DNA of 59,538 nucleotides, the filler included, from Dugesia japonica (taxonomy: Eukaryota), in the NCBI GenBank assembly GCA_001938525.1. It is 5 parts of 5 records of this genome, joined end to end, with 100 filler letters (N's around TTAATTAATTAA, not from the genome) between each part and the next. Parts side by side here need not be neighbours in the genome. Positions count along the whole stretch, not along the records: positions 29,835 to 41,014 come from MQRL01599445.1; positions 41,115 to 49,224 come from MQRL01082177.1; positions 49,325 to 59,538 come from MQRL01614401.1; 2 more parts are not named here. One strand, 5' to 3'. Within the stretch, counting starts at the first letter, position 1; each line of letters starts with the position of its first letter. Below the pieces are notes generated by a model. That model was not told the origin of the DNA. It ran no database searches and saw nothing but the letters and a program-made list of their open reading frames with translations. The position numbers and the translations under genes are program-made. Positions 39,860 through 51,598 of this stretch are shown here, piece by piece.

Positions 39860-40280
39860 TCCTAATATCAGATCTTCGAGGTACACTTTAATGATAGCTT
39901 GAATTTGAACAAGAGTAATCAGAACTTCAAAAACGTTAAAGTGAGCTTTATTTAATCTTCTGGATAGCCTAAAGTTGAACTTTTACGCAAAGTTGTTTGT
40001 TTTCTATCATAGTTATTAAAATGAGACCAAACCTCAACATTATCTAGGCAAGTATATTACCAACTTTACTTCCCTTTATCAAATATTAAAATTTCGTGGC
40101 ATTTTGAAGTTTGATAAACACTCCATCTCTTGTTGTAGCTGTCACTCTACATGAATATAAAGCACACTTTCAGTATCTTGTTATTCCACGATTGGAAACA
40201 AACTTGTATCCATTAATAAAAGGTAAAACAGAGCTTTTTTTAGAGAGCAACCACTGTAATTCCGGAATAATAAAATTATA
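39860..40280 (-). mobile_element. MULE (FLYWCH-type) internally deleted remnant
   Basis: FINGYKF...RY*KCALYSCRVTATT (FLYWCH) joined to W...RTNNFA*KFN...AHFNVF. Confidence 0.7.
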
Positions 40281-40360
40281 TTTAAAAAAAGTCAATCATT
40301 TTAAGTATATAGTTAAATTAAATAAATAAAAACATAAAAAATTAATGTTATATATTCATT

Positions 40361-41014
40361 TGTTGGGGTTCCAGCTGAGAAGCGGATAGAAAAATTATGG
40401 CTGGGGGAATAGACAGCCCTCAGTGGACCCCGCGAAGTATTTAACCTAAAGTCCCTGTTTTAGGCCTTCAGTGCAGAGTCGTTGACTTCCAAAGTTTATT
40501 TGGAGTGAATACTCGTGCACCTTTAATTTGGATTCGAGAATTTCCACTCAATTCAAATTCACGGAAGCAAAGACATATGATTTACAAACATTTATTTTAC
40601 AAATACTTAATAGCTTCAAGGTCAAGCCATTGGGCTGGCTCGTCATTTAAAAAATCAAATGTGACCTCATCATTATCACTGTTCTACCTTGTCCATGTCT
40701 CCAATTGGAGACAGGAGGACAAGTCAGCAATATATTGTTTGAGAAAGTTGACTTTATTCCTTAGTTGTAGGTTTGTATGGTTCACGATTGCTAATTGTTT
40801 CTTATTTATCAATTCTAGTTTTTGAATAAGTCGATTTTTCTGAGAAAAAAGTCGCAGAAGGGACCGTTCGCACTTTTTCGAATAGTGACTCTCGATTATG
40901 AACTTCATCAATAATTTATGGCAGCGTCGTAGAGAATTGAGTAGTCTAACTCTTGGCACTAAATACGAGAATATTAACTAGGAATCGAATAAGAAATAAG
41001 TAGAATGATTTACT
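40361..41014 (+). mobile_element. Unclassified TGTTGGGG-terminated element, copy 1
   Basis: About 170-nt terminal region homologous to 56064+ and to the reverse complement ending at 53077. Confidence 0.8.
40597..40958 (-). pseudogene. ORF-A, coiled-coil/acidic accessory protein (one premature stop)
   Basis: PRVRLLNSLRRCH...KVNFLKQYIADLS...FDFLNDEPAQWLDLE; TTTAG acceptor before it, AATAAA directly after the stop. Confidence 0.75.
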
Positions 41015-41114
41015 NNNNNNNNNNNNNNNNNNNNNNNNNNNNNNNNNNNNNNNNNNNNTTAATTAATTAANNNNNNNNNNNNNNNNNNNNNNNNNNNNNN
41101 NNNNNNNNNNNNNN

Positions 41115-42527
41115 TATTGAGGTTATGTCCCCAGTCGTTAGAAGAAGAAATATTAAATCTGAACCGAAGGTTGAGCTAAAACTCCTGCTTTGCCACCTCC
41201 TAATCGTCCTGTTAAACAAGTTAAAACAACTGTTCATGAAAATCCTGCCTATTTTTCTAAGCCTATTGATGTGAAAAAGGAACCCCAGTAATATCTTGTA
41301 CCTGATTGCTTGTTTTTTGATACTATGGTTTCTGATGATGATAGTTTATTTAATAAGCCTAGTACAAAGCAAGAGTCTACTTCATTATTGAGACGTCCTG
41401 GGGATCCTGATCAGAAAATTACTCGGCGTCGAACTTAGACATAGCCTACTCGTTCGGTATCTAATCCGGTTGCATATCGTATTCAATCTATTAAACGTGC
41501 AATAAGTAAGTTAAAGACACTTGTTTTTCGGCCTATTGGTGTTAATCCTGGTGCAATTCAAAGATTATTTAAAAGATTTAGAACTGTTACTCGTCCAGGG
41601 CGTAGTCATCATGTTACAACTGGGATGGCTCAAGATCTATTTGTACAGGCTTTATTTCCAGCTGTTATATCACTGACAACCTTTCAATTAACTCCTGAAG
41701 ATGCAAAATTTTAAGAGTATGTATCTAGGGAATATGCTAAGCATGCTGAAAAGTTGGCTCCGTTTAAAAAGCAGAAACGTATATTGGAATATAGTTTAGC
41801 TCATCCAAAACGTATACCTTTATCATCCAAATTATTGCCATTGCAAACTTTAACTGTTTAATCTTTTGGTCAGTTTATTATGTACTTTAATCAGCGGTTG
41901 CGTAATTCTTAAAATGTGAATGAAATGTTACGTGTTTTGATTGCTTTATTAGAAGCAAAGAGGTAAGTTCCTTATACTGATTGGCAGGAGTTGGCTACTT
42001 GTATTAAGCAATATATAACTGATTACTTAACTGTTGATATATCGCATGATGAGCGTTTACGTGTTCAAATGGATCTAGTAATGTCTCGTCATAATATAGA
42101 ACAAGTTACTGAAGCTGTTGAATATGATGGTGAGGAACCAGCTCCTCCTCCTGCTGAGTCTCCCATATCTATAACTGCGGGTGTTGGTGGTGGTGGTGAT
42201 GAGTCACCTTCTGAAAAAATTCCGCCAGGTGTTTCAACTGACCTGCCTGTTAAAAACGAAGATAATACTCATAAATGTGACTTTTAAAAACAAAGGCTTA
42301 GTTCTATTGCTTTAAATATACTAATTAATAAAATTAAGCGTGCTCTAGATCAAACTACTTATTATCAGCCGCCGAGTATAAATTCTGAATCTCTTGTGTC
42401 GTCTAATAGTCGTACTAGACAACGTTTTACTAATAATCTAACTGAAGCTCAAACTGTTATTCAATTTATTCGTTTAAGAAGATATTTTGGTAAATGTCCG
42501 CTGTGCAATCAGCATATATTGGCATAG
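41115..42527 (+). pseudogene. Unknown ~460-codon Pro-rich protein remnant
   Basis: One long frame with about 7 scattered stops, strong NNT codon bias, ends GKCPLCNQHILA*, AATAAA downstream. Confidence 0.7.
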
Positions 42528-42790
42528 AGTTGAGTGCGCCTATCAAACAATAATAATAAAAATAATAAAAATTTATACATTTATACATAATATTCTTTAA
42601 TAATTAATTTGATTCATTTTAACAATGATGTATATATTTTGCAATTTCTTTGATAATTTCATGACAATCCAATGACTTAAATCCAAGAATCACCACTTTT
42701 TCCTTGGCAAAAACCTTGACACATAACGGTTGGCAGGAAATAATTTTGGTTCGAACCAATAATTTAATACACTGATCAATTTATAGAAAT

Positions 42791-43105
42791 TCACTCCCGT
42801 TCAAGATCACATGTTACAGCAATTGATTGAATACCATCTATTTGGATATTGACATTTTTCCAAGTGATTTGTTTATCCGTGATTGGTTTTTTGCATTCCA
42901 TGATTTGACATTTTCTCAATTCAAAAACAATTACTGAATAATCTTTCATTTTTACTACACACTGTCTGGGTATCTTACATGTATTAAATCGAAGATCTGA
43001 AAAAGAACCAATTAGATGAGCTCTGTAATTAATATTTGATAACATTGTTTGACAAATGAGCAATAACCATGGGCTTATATACTCTTTTTGTATAAACAAA
43101 TTCAT
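42791..43105 (-). CDS. Hypothetical Polinton accessory protein (probably truncated by stops)
   Basis: 104-aa ATG ORF divergent from the ATPase; no recognised motif. Confidence 0.35.
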   Translation of the reverse strand: MNLFIQKEYISPWLLLICQTMLSNINYRAHLIGSFSDLRFNTCKIPRQCVVKMKDYSVIVFELRKCQIMECKKPITDKQITWKNVNIQIDGIQSIAVTCDLERE

Positions 43106-43129
43106 TTTTATGGTTTCTGTAAAATGTAA

Positions 43130-43750
43130 TTACAAAACAACGCGGGTTTTCAAATGGTCGGTCCCAGTGGAAGCGGCAAAAAATTATTTATTTGTAAATT
43201 ACTACTAAGCAAATTGTTTCAAACAAAGTTTAAACATATTTATTGGCATCAAGGTGGTGGAGATGAAGCCGATTTGACTAATGAAGAATTTTGCAAGTTG
43301 AGAAAGATTACGATAATTAATGAATTCGATGATGAATGGTTAAAGAGATTAAATACTGGGGATGTTATTCTAATTGATGACTTCTTCCAAGAAGCAAAAA
43401 AGCAGGTTGATTTTAATAATCTCTTTACAAAAACTGTACGTCATGGTAATGTAACTGTCATCTTCATCACTCAAAGTCTTTTCCATCAAGGTGGTATGCA
43501 TCGTACACATAATTTAAATGTCCATTACTTGGTTTTATTCAAACATCCACGAGATCAAACTGTGGTTGACTATATTTCTCGTCAAGCATTTCCACAACCA
43601 AAAGGTTTTTTATCTGATGCATTTTGTAATGTTACTACAAAACCATATGGATATTTTTTTATTGATTTTACCCAACAATGTCCCGATGATGAACGAGTAA
43701 AAACCGATATATTCAATTTAGAAGTTATAGTTTACAAACCATTGGTATAA
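43130..43750 (+). CDS. FtsK/A32-like DNA packaging ATPase
   Basis: Walker A GPSGSGK, Walker B VILIDD, RHGNVTVIFITQ, KPYGYFFIDF; 5' end probably frameshifted. Confidence 0.92.
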   Translation, partial: LQNNAGFQMVGPSGSGKKLFICKLLLSKLFQTKFKHIYWHQGGGDEADLTNEEFCKLRKITIINEFDDEWLKRLNTGDVILIDDFFQEAKKQVDFNNLFTKTVRHGNVTVIFITQSLFHQGGMHRTHNLNVHYLVLFKHPRDQTVVDYISRQAFPQPKGFLSDAFCNVTTKPYGYFFIDFTQQCPDDERVKTDIFNLEVIVYKPLV

Positions 43751-43789
43751 ACAAAACTAGTACTTAATAAAGGAAACAAGATTTTGAAT

Positions 43790-44280
43790 CGATTTAAAAA
43801 AGTTTTCATCAAACAAAAGGGTGCTAGTGATGCTGGTAATTTGAGACTTTTTTCACGAAATATTACATAATTTAGGGCAATTTTAAGAGCTCCATTAGAT
43901 TCTCGATAGCAAATCTTGAAATTAATGCCGGCATTTGTCATGAATGATTTCATTAGTGTTTTGCCACAAGTTGTTTTGGGCCGAGTCAATGTAGGTCACA
44001 AAAGTGGAAAAGTTTGATTGAAAAAATATCAAGAGGCTCTTGTAGATATGGCGAAAGCAATAAATTTGGCATAAAAAAACGAATATTTGAAAGACATATT
44101 CCTATACAAAAAGAAATCAAGAAGAAGAGCAAAAAACAAGTTTATTATGGACAAAGTGGAATTGAATTTGTTTGGACTGCAATTTTACCCATTCTAGGTT
44201 TATTAGGTAAAGTGGCTGCAACCAGTGCAGTTGTGGCTGCTACAGGATATGCTACAAAGAAAACTATTGATTCTGTATAA
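43790..44280 (+). pseudogene. Cupiennin-like core/membrane-lytic protein
   Basis: NDFISVLPQVVLGRVNV, LKKYQEAL, QSG then FVWTAILPILGLLGKV; stops and frameshift. Confidence 0.7.
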
Positions 44281-44389
44281 ATAATTTAAATTCGTTTCAA
44301 TATTGCAATATAAATGGGTGTTGCACCTTGATATTATATTCCAGACATTTCACAAAATATTCTTTGTTGTATTTCGCGCGATCAAGGTG

Positions 44390-44971
44390 ATGGAACGACG
44401 ATGGTACAATCCGAAGGACCCGGTTGAATACGCTGGTATTTCAAAGCTTGCAAATGCGGCAAATGTTTCGGTAAAAGAGACGATGAAATGGTTAGGTAAT
44501 CAGTTGGCATATAGTTTGAATATAATAATGCGAAAATGGTTTCCAATCCGGAAATATATTGTTGCTGGGGTTAATAGACTATGGAAAAAGAATTTGATAG
44601 AAGTGATTCCATATACAAGCATAAATAATGAATATCGATATATTTTGACATGTGTTGATGTGTTTAGTCGATATGCACGCGCAGTTCCAGTAAACGGAAA
44701 AAATATTTTGTTGGCTTTGACGGCAAAGTTCAAAGATGTTCATCCAAAAGCTATTAAACCGATTTGGGTAAAATGTTTTACAATACTCAGGTCAATTCAT
44801 TACTGACAAAATATAGCATATTGCATTACTCAGTATTTACTCAGTACAAGGCAGCTCTAGTTGAGCAATTTAATTGAACATTACGCACACGATTAAACAT
44901 GTTATTTACGAAACAATGTAATAAAAAAGAATACATGTTTTACCAAAAATAATTTATGCATACAACAATTC
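44390..44971 (+). pseudogene. Retrovirus-like (rve) integrase of Polinton
   Basis: YNPKDPVEYAG, YILTCVDVFSRYA, TDLGKMFYN, KAALVEQFN*TL; 3' part deleted. Confidence 0.92.
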
Positions 44972-45059
44972 TGATATTTATAAAATTATTCATCAAATAT
45001 TTAAATAATTTGTTATAGATTCAAAGTTTAGACTGGTCATGTTTAAATTACTTGATAAT

Positions 45060-45446
45060 GTTTAATATGTATCATTTGATGATAATCTTTTGCTAATACT
45101 CAGTCTTTCTTCTGCAAAATTCAACAGGTCTATAGAACAAGAAAAGGGTTTGCATAAACTGCTATTACATGGTAGTATTAGACAATTATATATTTACTCA
45201 TCGATTGTCGATCCAAATTTGGTTGGTGATGTACGCGTGTCGCTTTTAATGAGTATATAGGTTGATAGTAATAAGCATTCATTTGGTGATGTTGTACATG
45301 TGAGACTTGAAAATCCAATGTACTTACCTGTATCATCATCATATATCAACAAAAATGAAGGAAACATACGTGATGATGCCAGAAGATTGATTAATTTTCC
45401 ATATGGATCAAAGACAAGTTCAACTCTACATTTTCGTCAAGTATAA
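45060..45446 (+). pseudogene. Penton / minor capsid protein C-terminal part
   Basis: LYIYSSIVDPNLVGDVRVSLL, PMYLPV, IRDD, TLHFRQV*. Confidence 0.88.
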
Positions 45447-45479
45447 ACAATTTGATTACCACGTGATTCATTATTGAAA

Positions 45480-45881
45480 ATGGTTGATCGAGCTATTATC
45501 ACAATGTATAGTCGTCCACAAATAGGTAGAGACGTGCAATATTTTATCGGTAGTCAAAAACAGCAAGGTGGTGAAAATTGACTGCATAGAATTAGACGTT
45601 TTTCAATTCCAATTTTGCAGAAATTTGGACTTCCAATTGCAAAGTCAGTGGGGCGAGCACAAATTAAAGCTCTTGATGATGTTATCAACAAGAAACAGTC
45701 ATTTAAAGAATCAATCAAAAACCAAGCAATGAATATGTTGCCGAATGTGTAGGAAAATGCATTTAATGCATTAAAGGAAGTGGTTGATGGACAGCATGGC
45801 AGTGGAACACGTAAACGGAAAAAAATAACATCGACTATAATTAAAAGACGCCGATTAGATGGAACCATCTTTGCAAAATGA
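45480..45881 (+). pseudogene. GasderminX-like basic core protein
   Basis: QQGG, RRFSIPILQK, KSVG, FKESIKNQ, QHGSG, basic tail; stop overlaps the hexon ATG (ATGA). Confidence 0.75.
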
Positions 45882-47118
45882 GCGTGTATGCCAGAAAAAC
45901 TGAATTATCGCTTTTTGGCCATAATATACCATAAATTGTTGTTGGAAACTCTACATTCTACAAACGATTCTATAACTAGGTATGCTGGACAACAAATTGA
46001 GTTCAATATTATTCGTTCAGATAATGATTACTTGAATTTGAATGATACGTTGCTTATTAATAAAATGAAGACAGTAAAGCGTGATAGAACGGGTTTTGCA
46101 TCAACTGATACTACCAACATGATTTCTTCCATCTACTTGCTTCACACTATATTCAAATAACATAATTAACACTAAATAATGTAAAGTTTGAAGATACAAA
46201 TGATACGTATATTAAAAGGCGGTAATTGAATCCGCATTGAATTCTGGATCGGATACAAAAAACACTTTTCTTGAAGCCATTAGTTATCGTAAAGAAGATG
46301 ACAAGAGAAAGAGTTGGATTAAAATGTCTACAAAGCTAAAGCTCTATCGTGCACTTAATTTGGATTTCTTTGACCAACCAAAGTATTTGTTGCAGGAAGT
46401 CAATGTGACAATCAGATTGACTAGAAATGTGGATTCGGTAATGTACAAATATACCAAGGGTACAGAAACAGTTGAGATGAATCCACAATCGTACACTATA
46501 GAAGCAAAATTGGTACTGCGACGTGCTCGTATTGATCAGTTGGTTAGGATTGAACATCGTCAAGGATTGGAACATCAAAATGCAATTTATATTTTCCAGA
46601 AAACAAAAATCGTACATTTTACAATTCTGAAAAACTCACATGGGGAATATAAAGATAATTTCTTTACCGATGAACCATTACCGAAATTTGTTTTGACTGC
46701 TTTCCAATTGGCAAAACAAGCAAGTGGTGATTACCGTTCATTTTGTTCGACATTCTCAAATTTCAGTGTAAAGTCAATATGCTTGGCGAGAAATGTTGAT
46801 TATCGAAAAAACATATACTACTACTTTGATACCCACTATACGAAGGCATATATTCAATCGATTATTCGTAATATGGGTCTGTTAAATGTTGATCTAAACA
46901 ATGGTTTTACACTGAAGGAAATTAAAGACTCGTGTACGTTTTTCACATTTGTATTGGCTTTAGACTTTGCAGTTAATCAACCGCAATTGCCAAAAACCGG
47001 AAATTTCAAGTTGGATCTGCGATTTCATAAATCCTTGACGGAATCAGTGACAATGTATGCATATGGAGTATTTGATTCGGAAATTAAAATCAACAAGAAT
47101 GGAGTAGTAGTTGTATAA
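45878..47118 (+). pseudogene. Hexon / double jelly-roll major capsid protein
   Basis: KTELSLF, IEFNI, YLNLNDT, DFFDQPKYLL..V.IRLTRN, LPKFVL, GNFKLDLRF, YGVFDSEIKI; stop and frameshift in the 5' part. Confidence 0.92.
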
Positions 47119-47187
47119 ACACTACATAAATTTATGTGTGTATTGCATAGCATGAAGTATGTATTGTTTTTATAAAGAGAATGTAAT

Positions 47188-47523
47188 AATAGTACTTTCT
47201 AGATTGAGACTATACTGAGACGCATACGATTCAAAGGATTTTATCCACTTGAATGATTACCGCACTTTTTACAAAGCGGATTCTATGTAATCAATACACA
47301 TACCTCAAATTTAGATGGTGAGTATTATATTGCAATTCATGTCAAACCAAATATTATTCGTGTATTTGATCCAATGGGCATGTTTTATCCACCATTTCTG
47401 GTAAGAACGTTTTTGCGTATGCAACAACGTGAATACAATCAAATCATGTATCAGAATTCATTGAAATTTTCCTGTGGACAATATTGTATTGAATAGCTTA
47501 AAAGCCAGTATGAACAATTTTAA
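47188..47523 (+). pseudogene. Adenain-like maturation cysteine protease
   Basis: VINTH..DGEYYIA (GEHW decayed), FDPMG, YN..YQ..SCGQYC. Confidence 0.85.
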
Positions 47524-47547
47524 TATGATTATCAATAAAATTTTAAA

Positions 47548-48002
47548 ATGTCTGTGTTTTTTATTGATTATGAAACCTTTCAGGATAATAATGCCGAAGG
47601 TTTAATTAAAAAGATATGCATAATGGATGTGAATTATATTCTTCAACCTTTTTATTTCATGTTTGCCATGGCGGAATCAATGGGCAGTTTATCAAAGTCT
47701 GCTCTCATCATCTCAGGTGGGTTGATGGAGATTTTAAATTTGATATAATTCAAATTCTCAATGACTTGCAAGCAATTTCTTATGATGCATTGTTTTATGT
47801 GAATGACCAAGTGAATGGAAAGAAAATCAATACTGTTAAAGATATTATCCCGAGGCTTCGAATTGCCAATTATAACTCAAATGAACAATTACAATTATGT
47901 ATACCAGATAATATTTCTTGTTCATATTATAATCATGGGGATTATTGTGCTTACAAAAAATGTTTAACACTTTGTATACATTATCTATCATCATGTAAAT
48001 AA
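47548..48002 (+). pseudogene. Small DEDD-like exonuclease-fold protein (frameshifted)
   Basis: FIDYETF..LIKKI, HHLRWVDGD, C-terminal CSYYNHGDYCA. Confidence 0.65.
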
Positions 48003-48037
48003 ATATTTCTTTTGCTTTTTGGCTATTATTATTAATA

Positions 48038-49224
48038 TTAGGTTGTCACATATGAAATGTCCGATTTTAGAACTCGTTTTTTAACTAATGTATTTTCATG
48101 TAATGTTTAACATTTAGAACTTATTTATATATCATTTTGAAGGTAAAATATTTGATTATCATGTTATAATATTTGTTTTAAAAATCTATATTTTAAAATT
48201 ATTTTTAGACAGCATGGAACACAAGCTAAAAAATACGGAAATGCAAACATTATTTTTTTATGAATGGAAATTAAAGCATAACCCAACAGTAGCTGCCTGA
48301 AACATTAATTTTGCATTTAAAGAGGGTTTAGCTAATGAACGAAATGTTCGGAGATGGTTCGAAAAATTTCAAAAGGGTGATTTAACCCGGGTCAATATGG
48401 AGAGTGATCGCCCCGGGATTGTCATTAGCAACGACTATGTAAAACGTGAAGTGGAACTAAACACTAGTCCATCAGTACGACAACTTAGTAAAACGTTAGA
48501 CGTTAGTCATCAAACAATTTTCGGTAATTTAAAGGCATTGGAAAGAAAAAAAAGATTGACCAATGAGTTTCTCATTTATTGAATAATTCCCAAAAATCGA
48601 AAAGATTGAAAATTTGTCAAATGCTGCTGGATCGAAATAAATCGGAATATTTTTTTAGATTGCATTGTCACTTGTGATCCAAAATTGGATATTCATCACA
48701 ATCGTAGACGTTCTGCACAATGATTAGATGCCGATCAACCTCCTTTACACTGTCTTAAACTGGATTTTCACCCGAAAAAGACAATGCTAACAGTTTGGTG
48801 ATCTATAGCTGGAGTCATACATTTTTCTTTGTTTTTAAGAAGGTCAAACTATTACCTCAGACAAATACTGTTCTGAAATTGAATTAATGCATTAAACATT
48901 ATGCATTAAACAGCCTTCATTGGTGAATAGAAAAAGAAATAATCCTCTTGCATGATAATGATTGACCACATGTGGCAAAGAAGACGTCGCAAAAGTTGAC
49001 AGACTTAAAAATTGAAACTTTACCATATCCACCATATTTGCCCGATTTATCAACGAAAGATTAACATTTTTTTAAGCATGTTGATAATTTTTTGGTTTAA
49101 AAAATCATTGCTGATCGGGAGCATGTCCAAATGGCCATATCCGAATTCATAGACTCCAGAGAAAAAAATGTTTTTGCTAATGGTATTTTGAAACTAGTTT
49201 CTAGATGGCAAAAAGGTGTAGAAT
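48038..49224 (+). mobile_element. mariner element (cecropia/Hsmar1-like), degraded
   Basis: TA followed by TTAGGTTGTCACATATG TIR; ATG at 48214; VRRWFEKF, IVTCD, HDND*PH, PPYLPDLSTKD. Confidence 0.93.
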
Positions 49225-51138
49225 NNNNNNNNNNNNNNNNNNNNNNNNNNNNNNNNNNNNNNNNNNNNTTAATTAATTAANNNNNNNNNNNNNNNNNNNN
49301 NNNNNNNNNNNNNNNNNNNNNNNNATAAAATATACTATTTCGATGAGAAGACGAACAAGTTTTATGAAGAACAAGAAGAAGATGAAACTTTGAACAAATA
49401 CAAAAATCTTCAAAGTCGTGATATTTTATGAATATCAGTTCAATGGCATTTTTGTTTCCATAAATATTTTTTTCGGTAAGATATTCATTTGAATACCGTT
49501 TAGAAGATTTAAATGTTCAACATTAATAATTTTTGATTTTTAAAATTTTCAATATCTTTTGAGTTGTTAGTTACCTTTTTATTTTTTTGTAACTTTTCAT
49601 TAACATTCATTGTATACTGTATTCGTAACTTTTTCTTTAGATTTTTCAAACTTATTGCACATTTGACAAATATTTGAAGTTTTGATCATATTTTAACTTT
49701 TTCAAAATTTNNNNNNNNNNNNNNNNNNNNNNNNNNNNNNNNNNNNNNNNNNNNNNNNNNNNNNNNNNNNNNNNNNNNNNNNNNNNNNNNNNNNNNNNNN
49801 NNNNNNNNNNNNNNNNNNNNNNNNNNNNNNNNNNNNNNNNNNNNNNNNNNNNNNNNNNNNNNNNNNNNNNNNNNNNNNNNNNNNNNNNNNNNNNNNNNNN
49901 NNNNNNNNNNNNNNNNNNNNNNNNNNNNNNNNNNNNNNNNNNNNNNNNNNNNNNNNNNNNNNNNNNNNNNNTTGAATAAATTATTGATTTTGAGAATCTT
50001 TATTTTGAAATTCTTTGTGAACAATAAAGTCTCTTGATAAAGTGGATGTTGGTGTTCTTCATTATTATTGAGAAATTTATCAAAAATTGATTATTGTAAA
50101 TTTCGGTCGAATAATAGGAATTGATTTTTTTCGTGTTGTTTTTCTTATGAGAAATAACCTTTTCTTGTGAGTTTTCGTTTGTAGAGTTAATCTTTTCGCA
50201 CAGGCCTTGAATGGCAACGTGGAGAAATTCAATTGATCGTTTTAAATTATTGTTGAAAATTTTTGGCATCTGAAACGGTCTCGCCAAAGACAACTAATAG
50301 CGTACCTATTATTTCATGACCTGATCCTGTCACCCCACAAAACCGACCTGTGGTGTTTTGAGGAACTATTTCCGCTGCAGCCTGACGTCGATCTAGATTT
50401 ATTTTATTTTTATCTTATTTTTTTAATTGTTTGCATTAATTAAATAAAAAAATTTTAAGTTATAAATAATTGATGAAATTATTATTAACAAATTATGTTT
50501 TGGTATGTATCACAGCTAATACCACTATTTATCCTTTTTAGTGAATTACCAATGGGTACGAGTTTGGGACCGCTAAATTCGGCCGGCAGTTTTCAAGCGA
50601 TACACCAACCCTTTCAATATGGACGCCGGCGTATTGTCGGATCGGTCTATTCTGCCTGCTGTAGAGGTGGTAGTTTGAAGGATACCGGATTTTTACGAAT
50701 GGCAGAATTATTATTCGTACCATTTTGTCCCATCGCAAAGTTTAGTTAGCCAGTTTTTGTTCGGGACTCCACCAGCTCTCCCTGCAATAAGGGCAGCTAT
50801 CGATAACTTATTATGGAGTGCCCGAAACCACGACAAACATAGAAAAAAACCGAAAATTTTCAAACCCAGGAGAACTGATTTTGCTCGTTGTTTTGTTTTT
50901 AATTAATTTCTACCTATGTAGTCTGATAAAGAGTCTTGTTTTTTCTGAATTAAGCGTTCTAACACCTGTCGTTCGGCAATCAGTTTTAATTAGAGATTCT
51001 ACTATCGTTTGCTACTTTTTATTTTTAAGAGAATTCTGAATGATAAAGTGCTAGGCAGTGGGTTTTCCGTAATAATTTATTAGGATTAAGCTTGATTGCA
51101 GTAATCGTAAATCCATTATTTATGATAATTTCTTTTAG

Positions 51139-51487
51139 TTCATTCTTCGCTTAATTGGTCTGTCGCTCTCACCAAAAATTTCCGCAAGGATAGTAAACAT
51201 AGAGAAATGTCATGTGACCTCTATCGTTTAAGCAAAAAAAGTAGGAGGCCCTTACCACCACCGCTAATAGTAAGGTGAAGCTGTACAATGATAAATGTCA
51301 CGCTTACAAACTTGAAGCTGAAGCTACACACGCACAACAGCGCGTGTGGAAGCAACAGTAAGAAACGTTTGCCGATGTCATCCAGCCCCTCCATGACCGA
51401 GAAAATAAACTGGTTACTTATCTGCTCAACATGCGGAGACGAATTCCTTTGTAGCTGCTGATAGTAGATAAAGCTACCCAAACCTGA
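51139..51487 (+). pseudogene. ORF-B, helical accessory protein ending DKATQT
   Basis: DLYRLSKKS...RVWKQQ*ETF..HDRENKLVTYLL..VDKATQT*; homologous to 56867-57222. Confidence 0.75.
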
Positions 51488-51598
51488 AATTGATTATTTA
51501 AATGTTTTTCTTATAAATAAATCTTTCTGTATCATCCGCCTTAACATTTTTTGATTATTTAGTCTTATCTTGTTGTTTTTAATTTTATTCTCTTTTAG

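Larger units (their letters stand above)
41115..48002 (+). mobile_element. Polinton/Maverick (adintovirus-like) endogenous element, virion gene block
   Basis: Colinear ATPase, cupiennin-like, integrase, penton, gasderminX-like, hexon, adenain and DEDD genes; left boundary is a scaffold join. Confidence 0.92.

Noticed and set aside
45554-46617. Minus-strand ORFs over Polinton and Gypsy genes
   Set aside because: Antisense shadows of better-supported plus-strand genes
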